Assembly (NCBI GenBank): GCA_013115145.1
Contig: JAAPAO010000063.1
Span: forward strand, 1 to 64,000
DNA length: 64,000 nt
Source: Perkinsus chesapeaki ATCC PRA-425
Lineage: Eukaryota > Protista > Perkinsozoa
Reading direction: 5' to 3'
Part shown: in pieces, positions 1-11,699 of the stretch
How positions within the stretch are numbered: position 1 is the stretch's first letter
How the letters are laid out: each line of letters starts with the position of its first letter
Notes under the pieces: model-generated
Databases searched by the model: none
The model's input: the letters and a program-made list of their open reading frames with translations, nothing else
What the model was told of the DNA's origin: nothing
Made by a program: the position numbers and the translations under genes

Positions 1-1755
1 TTAGTAAGGGAAGTGGGAAGAGAAGTACTGTGGTTGGAGCCCGGAACTCCGATTCTGAGATAGAATCCCTCCAATGTGTTATATACATGCATGGTAATAC
101 TTTTTCGGATATTAAATTATAACGCTTCATTCAATCACATTCCATTAGTTCGATTGCTAGTCCGTTGGGATAATCCGATCCGCAAATGTTAGGAATGTTG
201 GTTGTTGTTCCCTATCATTAAGTTATCAGTAGGTAATTGCAGTTCCCGACTAGAAGGTGTACAGGCCATACCTGTCCTCCTACCTCTCAATATCAGCTTA
301 TTTCTATTTGATTTTGCTGGTTCGGGAAGGTCTGATGGTGAATATGTGAGCTTAGGGTAAAATAGCTACTTTATATCAAGTTAATGGTGTACAAAAGGTA
401 CTATGAGAAGGATGACCTGGCTGCTGTTGTGGATTATCTAAGAAAGTCTAAATTAGTCAGTAGGTTAGCAGCTTACCCCATAGATGGTTGTAATTAAATA
501 TTTAAGGTACTATTGGTTTGTGGGGTAGAAGTATGGGGGCTGTAACAGCCTTATTACATGGTGATAGAGATCCTAGTATTGCAGGCATGGTGGTAATAAT
601 AATAATAAGGGGTAGATGGAAATCACAAATGGCTGTGGGACATCATATCCTCTCGGGGATATTTTTATCAATTTCGTGCGCTGTACACTGATAGATATCC
701 GTCCTTTAGATTGAGTATAGAGAGGTATTTTCAAGATTCACTTGTTGTTGTTGTTGTTACAGATAGACTCGGCATTTCAAGACATGCGGACATTGGCGAC
801 TGATTTAGCTCAAGAATTGGGTTTGAGAATACCAAGTATAATGATGAGTGGCGTGTTGGGCATGCTGAGGATATCAGTAAAAAGTAGAGCACATTTCGAT
901 ATATATGATCTTGAGCCCATAGCACATGTAATAGGGTGAAGTGGGTCTGTTTTGAGCTTCATTTCTAGGTTGATCGAACATATATCCCAGCGCTATTTAC
1001 CGCTGCCAGAGGAGATACATTCATTAATCCACGGAACACACAAGCTTTATTCGATAAATATGCAGGGGATAAGAATCTGGTAGTAAAATGGTGGTGATGT
1101 TTTCATAATGGAAGTACGTTAGGTTATGGTAGATGGTAATCATAATACTAATCGGCCCAAGTTCCTACTGCATTCTATCGCTATATTCTTCGTCAATACT
1201 CTTGGATGTGAGAAAAGTGCTGATGCAGTGTTGGGTAGAAATGTTGTAAAAGTATTGTCCTCTTTAGCTATTATGGCAGATTTAAATAACATTTCTCCTT
1301 CTGGTGAAGAGTCTGATAATGCAGAAAATGGCCAATGCGGCGGCACTACGACCATACGTGTATCGGTTAGCGAGGTATGAAGCAGTTGACTTGTTCGTCA
1401 ATTTAATTCCCTAAATTTTAACAGGATACCACTTCGTTACCCGAGCGAACTCCGAGCCCGCCACCACCGGAGCACGTTGAAGACTTCAGTCAGGGAATTC
1501 CTATGCCATCACCACCGCGGGACAATCTCAAGTTTGAGAACGATCGATTGATCGAAGCTGGTAAAATAAGCAATGGAACTTGGGAGCATTACTTACACTT
1601 CAGCGGTACCTTTTTCATCTTTTGAAGAAGATCGTATGGTTGCAAAGGCGATTGAAGAGAGTTTGAAGGACTCTTCGGGTGTGGACAGATCTCAAGGGAA
1701 TGTCGACGTCAATGAAGAGGCGCGGCGAAGTGAAGAAGAAAAATCGGCCTTATAG
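1..1755 (+). CDS. Alpha/beta hydrolase fold protein, multi-exon, 5' end outside the window
   Basis: Spliced translation gives FDFAGSGRSDGEYVSLG, YYEKDDLAAVVDYLR, nucleophile elbow GLWGRSMGAVTA and DSAFQDMRTLA. Stop at 1753-1755. Confidence 0.85.
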
Positions 1756-2397
1756 GTTTTTCGGTCGTGGTCCGTATGATTGGGTTTGTCTATGATAATA
1801 ATCTGCAGTGGATATCATCACCACTCGCAGCTTATTAATTTATATCAGAGATCATATAGCATCTCCTTACCTGGTCATATCGTGGTCGCGACCCTTAAGC
1901 ATATTCCTGCAATTCGTTTATTGTGTACATCTTGATTAATTTAAAACAATTGGAAATTTTTCTACACTTTCTTCGACCCTTGCGTCGCTCACTGTGGTAC
2001 CGGTTTCGATACTCCCATCATCTCGTGTTTGTCCAAAAGGGGGGTAAACTGGAATTGGAATGAGGGGTTCAATCATTGGGCGGCGCGCGAAGCATGTCGT
2101 GGGAGGTCGCGCATACCGAGTTGGGGTCCAATCAAGGAGGGGTGTGAGCAACCATACTTGTTAGGCCACAGGCGGTAGACGCGGTTTTGATCGGATCAAC
2201 AAGGCAGTCGGAGACGCTACACAGTTGCTATTCGGTTCGGTAGGAAATCTTCCGTGTGGTATTTGCACTGAATTACGCCATCTATTTTATTGCCGGATGA
2301 AAAGAATTTTTCGGCCATGCAGGGGCCGTGGATGCTATCCAATAAGATCCCTGAAAACAGAGCGGTAACAAACGAGTTGTCCTGTACAGGGTAAAAT

Positions 2398-2479
2398 CGA
2401 CAGCGGCAGGATTCGAACCTGCGCGGGCAGAGCCCAGTGGATTTCTAGTCCACCTCCTTAACCACTCGGACACGCTGTC
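2398..2479 (-). tRNA. tRNA-Ser(AGA), 82 nt, intronless
   Basis: Reverse complement GACAGCGTGTCCGAGTGGTTAAGGAGGTGGACTAGAAATCCACTGGGCTCTGCCCGCGCAGGTTCGAATCCTGCCGCTGTCG. Full cloverleaf: anticodon stem GTGGA/TCCAC, loop CTAGAAA, long variable arm, T-loop TTCGAAT. Confidence 0.97.
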
Positions 2480-2521
2480 TTACTGATTATTGAAATCTCA
2501 TGCTAGCGTATATCACAATCA

Positions 2522-3096
2522 ATGGCTTCCTCCTCTATTGAAGATCATCATCCGGAACCACCAGCTTTGGAAAAATTTGATAATACAAAGGCAAGTCTCC
2601 TCGCTTCAATTGACGACAGTTATCGAGAGTTTCAGGAGCGAGAAGAAGACGTCACCAACGTGAGGCATTTGTTAAGGAAGGACAGCGGACTGCCGCCAAT
2701 GGAGGTATCATAGCAATCTAACATTAATGATAATAGTCCTATTTTAGATTGATGCACCGATCTCAGGAGAGCTTTACTGCAAAGTGTTTTACCGAAGGAC
2801 TAATCAAAGGTATATTGTTGTATAAAATATAACAAGTAGATGGTAATGTGATAGTTACGGCAGTCGAAGGCCGCCTACTCATACCCTATACGGCGAGAAG
2901 GCACCAAACCCTTCGGCAAAATACGGGCTCTCTAATAGATTCACAGATCATCTGGCAGCAGCTGAGATGTATAGGTAGGAATGGTTCGTCCTTGTTGGTA
3001 TCTTATGAAGATCTTGTCAGAAATAGAAGTTTGAATACAACAGTTGACCGAGGTCGATACATGGAAGGCACTCATGATTGGATGACAAAGTTGTGA
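2522..3096 (+). CDS. PIERCE1/2 (C9orf116, FAP182)-like ciliary microtubule inner protein, about 4 exons
   Basis: Spliced product contains VFYRRTNQSYGSRRPPTHTLYGEKAPNPSAKYGLSNRFTDHLAAAEMYRNRSLNT, matching the recalled family pattern YRTSNQxYGSxxP...NxFSxHLxxxGMYRNxSLN. The real exon-3 frame is not the one listed in the ORF track. Confidence 0.7.
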
Positions 3097-3214
3097 ATCG
3101 TTGCTATTGTATTAAAATGTTGTGTTTGATAAAACTGGAGAAACACAAGAGATAGAAATAAATAATGAAAAGTCGTCTTAGTTGTTGTCATCATCATAAT
3201 TACATAATTAATTG

Positions 3215-3628
3215 TTACATCTCTTGAGATTGAGTCATAGCCTTACTCTTACTCTTCTTCGGTAATAATGTGGTATGAATATTAGGTAATACACCACCAC
3301 TAGCTAAAGTAACACCAGCCAAGAACTTGTTAAGCTCCTCATCATTACGAACAGCTAGTTGAATGTGTCGTGGTATAATTCTGGATTTCTTGTGATCCCT
3401 GGCAGCATTTCCAGCCAATTCAAGGATCTCAGCCACAAGATACTCGAGTACAGCGGCCAGGTATACAGGAGCTCCAGAACCAATACGTTTGGCGTAGCGA
3501 CCCTTCTTTAAATAACGAGCAATTCTACCAACAGGGAATTGCAGTCCAGCCTTAGCTGAGCGAGACTTGGATCCAACAGCCTTCTTGCCAGATTTTCCGC
3601 CACGACCACCTTTACCTTTACCAGACAT
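3215..3628 (-). CDS. H2A.X: Histone H2A with C-terminal SQEM (H2A.X type), intronless
   Basis: Canonical H2A core AGLQFPVGR...[10 protein letters not shown]...[16 protein letters not shown]; ends in SQEM. Confidence 0.95.
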   Translation of the reverse strand: MSGKGKGGRGGKSGKKAVGSKSRSAKAGLQFPVGRIARYLKKGRYAKRIGSGAPVYLAAVLEYLVAEILELAGNAARDHKKSRIIPRHIQLAVRNDEELNKFLAGVTLASGGVLPNIHTTLLPKKSKSKAMTQSQEM

Positions 3629-3897
3629 TTTACAGAATAAGGGTAACTAAAAGAAAACCACTAAGCACGCGAATTGAGTCTAAAATATTTGATCGCTGGA
3701 CGGTGATATGCGTGCCGAGAATATATCTGAGGAACTGTAAGAGAGCAAGATATATACTGTATGCCACGCTGTAGGAATGTTGAGTCTTCTTATAGCGCCG
3801 AATGCTAGTGATGGTATGGGTGGAATTGATTTGACCTTCTTCGTATCTTGCAGTATATGACCTGAAGATATTGTATGAGTAGGTCTTTTAATTAGTC

Positions 3898-5515
3898 ATG
3901 GCGGACAGGGACGAGTCGAAGGTTTCTGTGTTGGTGAAGTCGGTGGATCGACGGCAGTATAACGTACTCTTTATTGAGGAGATAATACTCGGATTATTAA
4001 ATAACTATGGTTATACATTAGTTATAGCTGGGGCACAGGTAATAGGAGGATCTTTAGGTTCACCATGCAAGATGCAAAACATCTCAATTTCAGGATATAG
4101 CACGTCTGTTCAACAAGACTAACCTGATGCCCCTTTTTACTACAGTTATGCTATTTGCTGCCTTTGCCACTGGTGCTCTTCATGCCCGACTAGCTGCCCC
4201 TTACTCATATCGTCAAAGGGTGGCTTTAGCTGTGATTATCCAGTCAATCGGATACCTTCTATTTGGCACAGCTTTCCTATTTGTTGGAGTTTTGCCAGAA
4301 GTTGGCTTTTGGATGGCACAGATCGCTACGTTCCTAGTTGGAGCTTTTCAGACAATCGGAGAAGTAATAATATTAGGAAGGGCTAGCAGCTCGTCATTCT
4401 ACTTTATTATTCAGATTAACAATCTTTCCATATTAAATTCACTTCCTAATGGCCTAGTAGGTGCTTGGGGTTTCGGCACAGGTGTATCTCAATTTGTTGG
4501 AAGTATAAGCTATGTTGTTGCTATTAACCTTGGTGTTTCATAGTAATATTAATACATGATGTTATTCATCACTTTGCCCATTCTCAGTTCGACATTCTTT
4601 CTAAGTCTTATACCGGTCTATTTGATCTATTGGACGCTTTTCGTACGTGTTGAGAAGTTAGCTCGACAAAATCAAGAAGTAATAAATACAACGTATGGAC
4701 TGCACTATCCCGATCTTTCCTATCATCAGGACTCAGCTAGTGAAGCTTTGCTTGGCGGCGATTGTGAGCAGCAGAGCTTGAAGCTTTCCGCAGAGACTTT
4801 TCCAAGTGAGTTACGTTACTCCATAGCTGTTTATAATCTACCTCTCCCAGACGTTATCCATATGGGCGGTTCTATTATATTTAATATGGCTACGACCTAT
4901 GCATTTAATTATCTTATAGAATCTGGCTTTGTAGACAGAGCTACACTTCACCCTGCACCATATACCCAATCTATTGCAGTTAACTCTTATGCCATTGGTG
5001 TATCAATATATGGTATTGGTACTATGCTTGCTCGATTAAGTGTTGCATGGTTCCCAACTAGAAGAATTGGACTTATTACATTCGTTCAACTTCTTAACTC
5101 GGTAAGCTCGGTGTGCCCACTTTTAAAAAGTTAGTGGCATTTGTATAATATGTATCATCATTATTTCTGTCAGGTGCTATGGGGTTTCGAGGCATACTAT
5201 CATACAATAAGATACTCATTTGGATTGTCTGCTTGGTGGTTCTATCAAGTGTGGATGTTCTTTGTCGGTTGGATAGCTGGTATGAGCTACTCTAACTGTC
5301 TGAATGTTATAAGTCTATCAAAAAAGGTAACAACAACACTCAAATCTACTAGGAGACCTCTTCCTTTATTTCAGATACCATTCCAGTACCGTGAGCTTGT
5401 TATGAATGTTGGCTTTATATTCTCCAATGTTGCAGTTGTAGCAGCAACTGGTTCATCTATAATAATGAACAATACGTTTATGAGTGAAGATATGCTATAT
5501 CATTCGACGTTTTAA
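3898..5515 (+). CDS. CLN3: CLN3/battenin (BTN1)-like multi-pass membrane protein, multi-exon
   Basis: N-terminal GLLNNYGYTLVIAGAQ, VGAWGFGTGVSQFVG, YxFNYLIE and many hydrophobic segments across ORFs 3898, 4127, 4556 and 5141. Confidence 0.75.
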
Positions 5516-5657
5516 GAATAACTGTAACCTATTAATCATTATATTCTACTTTACTCTTGTACCGATTGTTACCATTCCTGTTATCTATTATCGACAAAAC
5601 ATTTCTACTTTACCGCCATCGGACTCGTTGACCCTTTTAAAATGATACGGTAGTTGA

Positions 5658-5680
5658 GGGTTCGATCCCCGGTTGAAGCA
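5658..5680 (+). other. tRNA T-arm/3'-end-like fragment in GT..AG segment 5650-5714
   Basis: GGGTTCGATCCCCGGTTGAAGCA; no recognisable tRNA 5' half upstream. Confidence 0.6.
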
Positions 5681-5940
5681 TCCTGTGTATTTCCTTCCTC
5701 TTTCTGTTGAAAAGCTCAGCAAGGCAAGTTCGTCATTTGACGCCCTGTTCTGTACCTGCTGGTCTTTCTCTCACACTATTTTAAATAACCTAATCCTCGA
5801 GGTCTAGTTTTTTCAACTCCCATGCTCATTGGTATGATGAGTAATTTGTGAGTTAGTCTTGTTTCTTGTATCAATAGTAATAACACTTGTTATTGTTATT
5901 CAATTCGTTAGAAAGGCTACCCCTTTCATTGTAAAGGTAT

Positions 5941-5964
5941 GGGGTTCGAATCCTGTGTGTTGCA
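5941..5964 (+). other. tRNA T-arm/3'-end-like fragment in GT..AG segment 5937-5974
   Basis: GGGGTTCGAATCCTGTGTGTTGCA; no complete cloverleaf. Confidence 0.55.
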
Positions 5965-5994
5965 TTTCTGTTAGCATCTATTGCTGAACAGAGC

Positions 5995-7329
5995 ATGCCT
6001 CCTTCTTCTTCTTCTTCTTGCCCGCCTCCAGTCGATATACCACCACCGAAGGGACCAATTACATCACCATTGTTGGACTTCGTAGAGGTTAATGGTAATA
6101 ATTAGTTAGATCATTCTTGGACACTTAGTTAAGATCAGATGATATCCTTTATGTCGATGAGCTCTCATTATGCTCGAATGCACCAACTGAAGAGTCGATC
6201 GAGCTGGAGGATACTGCCTGGGAGAATGTTGATCAACCCGAGGAGCCAGATATGGTTATGGTAACAGAGGAAGACGACGAAAAGGAAGACTTCACCATTC
6301 TTGAACCGTCAATTGACGTACCCGGCTCGAGAGCTGGATTTAAGAATCCGACAGTAGGAGGGTCTAGATGTGGCTTTAAATTAACTCCATTGTTTTAGTT
6401 GTTAACAGTAGCTTATATGGCAGCCATTGTACTTATTGTATTTGGCCGTATAACTGACAGTAATACTATCATCAACAATTGGTGCTCGTTATTATATTGT
6501 TTTAGTATCTACTAAGATCATTCCTCCCAGTATGTCGACTGAATTGGTTGTTCGATTACCGGTTTATAGACCAGCTTGTGAGGTGCTTCAAAGTCACCTT
6601 AACAATTCTGATATATTACGTGATGACAATGATGATGATGTGAATACTAATACTCGTTTAGTGTGGCATACAAAGCATCTTGGTCTAACAGGTTAGTATA
6701 ACATCTAGTGTTATATGCCGTTAATTATCTATCATTTAGGTGCATGGAAGTTGAAGTCCTTACTAGATGACGTGTTCACCTTCTCAAGTGATATTATTAA
6801 GTGGCAGTCCAAGCCTAGAGATGTAAGTCCCGTCTGAGGCTTTTTCAATGACTTTTCGCCGCTTGGTCGCTATTTCATAATAATAAGTAAGGGTTGCTGC
6901 TAGAAATATATCCCTGTTAGTGCTTTGTGGTTCATCAGATACGAAAATGGCGAGATAGTTGGAATCTTGAGTTTAATTGTAGCAACCTGGAAGAGCTTGT
7001 AAGGACCCCTTCTGAACTGTCATTCATTGAGCTTGGTAATAAAGCTGTCACCATCTGCCCTCAACTAATCTATCAGAGCAGGTCAATTGATGGCTGAAGT
7101 GGCTCGTATAGCGAGTGAGGCCAAAGCTGTCAGAAATTTGGTATCAAAATCATTGATTAAGCTTGCAGGGATGATATCACCCGAGTCGGAAATGCAGTGT
7201 ATGTGACGCTAACTATTCGAGTAAATATGATCACCTAACTCGTAGGTGGATATAATGAGAAAACAGAATCACTCAAGCTGGCAGCATTCGCCTGGAAAAG
7301 CAAGTATGGAAGTTGGAATACTTATAGTT

Positions 7330-7331
<2 letters not shown>
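5995..7331 (+). CDS. Hypothetical protein with acidic N-terminal region and one hydrophobic segment, multi-exon
   Basis: ATG at 5995 (MPPSSSSSCPPPVDIPPPKGP), acidic exon near 6180-6360, LLTVAYMAAIVLIVFG, last exon ending at 7331. No family recognised. Confidence 0.5.
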
Positions 7332-7363
<32 letters not shown>

Positions 7364-7827
7364 TGCCAACGTTCATTCTTCAATACGATATACATTATAG
7401 TTATGTCTTTAATATAATTCCGTCATATTAATAATACGCTAAATGTCCTGTTAACGACTTCTAAAGGTAAAACAACAACAAAGAAGAAGTTGAGTTTAAG
7501 TTAGCTACACAAACTCTTACTTGACAATAATGCCACCACTTATGGGGGGAGACACATGAAACGAGATTGAATGCAACACATGGTCCTCTTCGGTGGATGT
7601 AATCCACGAAAGAGTTCCGGCGAATTATTCGCGCCTTAGCCCTAAATGGAACGGGTGTACACCGGCGGTGGAAAGCCTGTTATATTTGAACGCTCTTAAT
7701 GTTAGTCATTCTGTTCCATAAACCAATTCTCAACCTTTTTGAATTCATTCCAATATAAGATAACGATCTGATCGATGAATATTCCAACGACGTTAGTAGT
7801 AATAAGTAACAGAATAGTTTTTGAATA

Positions 7828-9502
7828 ATGACATTTCACCCACATCATGCCATAACCTTGTTTTTCTTACTGGACACCATCGCATCAACGGGGAGGAAAC
7901 ACTCAGCAATCGTAGGAGATTGTGGCTCAACGGGAACTCGACTTTATTATTATGAAGTTTATGTTGAAGATGAAGGACATAAACTAACTCAATTAAATGT
8001 TACAAAAGTACCCTAAGCTCAAAGCAGCTCCTCTGGATCACATGATTCTCTAAAGGTTGCAACACTAACACCTGGAGCATCGACCCAGTGGCGATCGGGT
8101 ACATTGGAAGATATTCTGGCAGCGGATATAGTGGAGTCTGTGAAACCATTGCTTGATCGAGGAGCTAATGATGGAATTGCAGTCTGGCATGGTATAAGCC
8201 TTCAGCGTTCTTTACTTTCATCATTCAGTAGGCCTGTCTTTACTTGGTACCGGTGGGATCAGACGTATGAATTCAACTAGTAGAGAGGATCTTTGGAGTA
8301 GATTAGAGCGAGAGTTAACATCTAGGCTGCCTCAGAACGTACCCCTCCAGGTTGGTGATATACCTGGTAACATATACTCCTTTGTTTATACATTATTTCG
8401 ATTCTTAATTGAAGGTGAACTGGAAGCTCTGTATGCTCTAACTAGTGTATCCTATCTCTTCCAAGAGGCAGACGGTCGAGAGGTCGGAGTACTCGATCTT
8501 GGTGGTCGCAGTCTGGAGATTTCAAACCCGCCAATGCCTCCACTGTATCTGTCATGTGCTCGCCTTGCCTCATGGTTGGTGTTTTAGGAATTCACTTGAA
8601 GCCTTGGAATTAACTCGTGAACTCTCGAGTGAAGTTGAGCCCCTTGTTGAAGTTGTTAGTTTAGAAATAGGCGAGAGGAACTTAAAGAAGTGGATACATT
8701 TTGAAAGTAGATTCCCCCTTTCCAGTAGGGACCCCAATGGGTCAAATTGTTAGGGCCGTCGGAGGAGCATTTGTGTATTTTTAAAGAAGAAGGTTCGATA
8801 GGAAATGCTGATGGTTGTCGAGGCCTACTTCGAGAATATCTCGATGAGTATCTGAAGATTTGATTAAATCCATGACGTTGACCTTCATTCCTTCTCAGAC
8901 ATAGAGGCCCTGTTTTAGCTGATTATGTGGCGCGTGACACTGAGTATGTTGGAATTGGTCTACTTATATACGCTATTGACTTTGCCCATTGGATGAAGCG
9001 TGATAAGTGATCTCAACAAGTTACTCAACAATTAACCCATTCAGCGATTCCATCATATCCTCACGTAACAGTTAATGATCTTATAGAGCATGCTGCAGAA
9101 TCAGTATGCAACAGACCATTCAATCATACTCTGTAATAATACTTCATATATTAATACATCTTCTTAAACCCCCCACTCTATCGTAGTTTTACATCACATT
9201 CGGATACCAAACTGATGGTCGAGGCCAAAGGAAGATGTGCTGATATCTGTTATGCAGCTGAGTTACTTCAAGTGAGTCCTATTTAGATAGTGTGTATTCA
9301 GTTCCTTTATGTCAGGATATGAACCTTACATCGATGACAGTTGGACATCCTGTTGGTGATGTCGAGCTTGAATGGACTCTTGGGTGAACTTGACAATGTC
9401 GATGATGATGATGTTAAGAAGGTTTATTAATTGTTTAGATATTTCCTTCGAGAAGCTGCAACCATCGATATCGTGAAGAGCACGCCGAAAGATGAGCTAT
9501 GA
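7828..9502 (+). CDS. GDA1/CD39-family NTPDase (apyrase) with signal peptide and C-terminal KDEL, multi-exon
   Basis: Apyrase conserved regions DCGSTGTR, LLGTGGIRR, GELEALY, GVLDLGGRS and EWTLG. Last exon ends VKSTPKDEL-stop at 9500-9502. Confidence 0.85.
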
Positions 9503-9529
9503 TTGTCAATTAATTCGGTTTCTCTCCCC

Positions 9530-10405
9530 TCGTTTTTGTGTTGAGAATATTCTTCCTATCAATTCGGATCCACGACTTAAACCCAAAAGATACAACAAGT
9601 GAGATATCTCAACACCCTATAGCTCGATTGCATCCAACATTCTAAAATAGGCTTTCAATCTTCCTTTTGAATCTCTGGCGTTATCAACCCATCTACTGTT
9701 ATTGTCGTTATTGGTAAGACTGTGATAGTATCTTTGCCAAAGGTGAAGTGAACTTTCAAAACCTTCGATGTCATTTGCCCGCTTTCTCTCGAGCTCATTT
9801 AAAACGCGGCGGAATCTATCCAGTGGCCTCTCATCAGTCTCGATGCATGAGGTGGGTTTCCAAGGCAGATGGGAACTGAATGGAAATCTGCGTAGTGCGC
9901 GAATCGAACCTTCGGCGAAGCCTTCGAGACGAACTTACTAAATATCATCATCGCAGTCGAAGGAACTCGCTGATTGTTGTTGCTCATCAATTCTGTCATC
10001 ATCAGCTCCTCCCATTATCTGTTCTGTTCTGTCTAACGCTCGGGAGTATGTTTGAAATAATATTCTTTCGACACCCTCCTCATCAAGTTTAACCACTCCT
10101 TCCGAAATCTGTGGTAAGTTGCCTTCTGCCCACGATGCTTCACCGATTGATTGTAATGATACCCTTGCTGGCTTCTCTAAGTCATCTTTAACGTCTTCCT
10201 TCCCCTCCAACTCCCCCGTAGATGTCGACGAATGTAAAGTGTATCGGTCAGATTGTCCAATCTTACGTGGCCCTATTGCAGTAGTTTGAGATACTTTCAC
10301 TGTATCTGGTATTAACCGTGATGGTTCTACTAGAGTAGGCATGACCGAATTTATGGTTTCACGTGTATCTTTCAATGTAGGAGGATCATTCAGGCACACC
10401 CACAT
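9530..10405 (-). CDS. Hypothetical protein, divergent from RACK1
   Basis: 155-aa open frame at 9938-10405 plus downstream exon-like sequence. No family recognised; 3' end uncertain. Confidence 0.45.
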
Positions 10406-10536
10406 AGTAAAAACATCAAAGATGGAAGCCGCGCCGCGCTAGGAGAAATCGATCACGTGATCGATTTGCTCCAACCTTGGATACTTCGTCCACCCCCACT
10501 GAGAGCTCACCACTCCGTTTGGCTTATCACCTTAGA

Positions 10537-11552
10537 ATGGCTCAAGAGCACTTGCAGTTCCGCGGCGTCCTTCAGGGACACAGTGACTGGGTTACTTCTA
10601 TTGCTACCACTTATGAGGATCCCAAGATGGTTGTCTCTGGATCTCGCGATAAGAAGATTATGATTTGGGAGCTTACCAACGACTCCGAGTCTGCTGGTTT
10701 CCCTCGTCGTTCTTTGACTGGTCATAACCAGGCTGTATCTGATGTCACCCTCTCCTCTGATGCTCAGTACTGTCTATCTGCCTCTTGGGATAAGACTTTG
10801 AGACTTTGGGATGTCTCATCGGGTAAGACTGTGCAGACCTTCGTTGGTCATACTTCTGATGTCTTCTCTGTTGCCTTCTCTCCCGATAACAGACAGATTG
10901 TCTCTGGTGGCCGCGATAAGACTATCAAGATTTGGTAATAACAAATAAGGGCAATTTTGGGCATTTTATCGTTTTTGTCTGTTCTTTTGGGATTTTCTAT
11001 GTTTTCAGGAACACCATGGGTGAATGCCGTCACACCATCGTTGATGATCAGCACACCGACTGGGTCTCCTGCGTCCGCTTCTCTCCTTCCGCCAAGCAGC
11101 CTCTGATTGTCTCTTGCGGCTGGGATAAGCTCGTCAAGGTCTGGTCTCTTGACAACGGCAAGCTTCGTATTAACCTCGCTGGCCACACCGGTGTTCTCAA
11201 CAACGTTACTATCTCCCCTGATGGATCCCTTTGCGCTTCTGGTGGTAAAGATGGTGTTGCTATGCTCTGGGATGTTAACGAGGGCAAGCATCTTTACTCT
11301 CTTGACGCCAACAGTAGCATCAATGCTTTGTGCTTCTCCCCCAAGAACTACTGGCTTTGCGCTGCCACTGATGCTGGTGTTAAGGTCTGGGATTTGGAGA
11401 CTAAGAACGTCCTTGAAGAGATCACTCCCCCTGCTGAGTACAAGTCCCCTCTCCCTTGGGTTGTTTCCATCGCTTGGTCTGCTGATGGCAACACTCTCTT
11501 CGCTGGTAGCACTGATGGTAACATCTATGTCTACGAGATCGCCAGATCGTAA
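10537..11552 (+). CDS. RACK1: Receptor for activated C kinase 1 (7xWD40 40S ribosomal protein), one intron at 10935-11008
   Basis: [24 protein letters not shown]...[12 protein letters not shown]...[12 protein letters not shown]...[14 protein letters not shown]. Real ATG at 10537; the ORF track starts at an upstream TTG. Confidence 0.97.
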
Positions 11553-11699
11553 GAAGTAAATAACAATGATAAGTAAACCCAATACTTTGGTGGCAGTAAT
11601 AGTTGCATTATTCTTCATTTAATAATGTTAATCATAACTGTTATCTGAGGTGGTCCATAGGGCTATTTTGGGGTGGTCGGTTTCCAGTGAGCCAATGCT

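Noticed and set aside
1936-2151. 71-aa minus-strand ORF with CCAAT- and GGGCGG-like words
   Set aside because: No homology recognised and no splice support; cannot be called a gene or a promoter from sequence alone.
9890-9940. GAAGGTTCGATTCGC (minus strand) in a GT..AG-bounded stretch
   Set aside because: Reads naturally as coding (KASPKVRFAHY) and lacks a T-stem; ambiguous, so not counted.
10536-10548. TGGCTCAAG, resembling the 3' end of the dinoflagellate/Perkinsus spliced leader
   Set aside because: It is the RACK1 start (ATG GCT CAA GAG); the rest of the leader is absent. No relict leader was seen upstream of the intronless genes either.
10935-11008. Possible snoRNA in the RACK1 intron, as in yeast ASC1 and vertebrate RACK1
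   Set aside because: No RTGATGA/CTGA boxes or H/ACA structure visible in the 74-nt intron.
10848-11618. 256-aa ORF antisense to RACK1, and other overlapping ORFs
   Set aside because: Shadow frames produced by RACK1 codon bias; no motifs.
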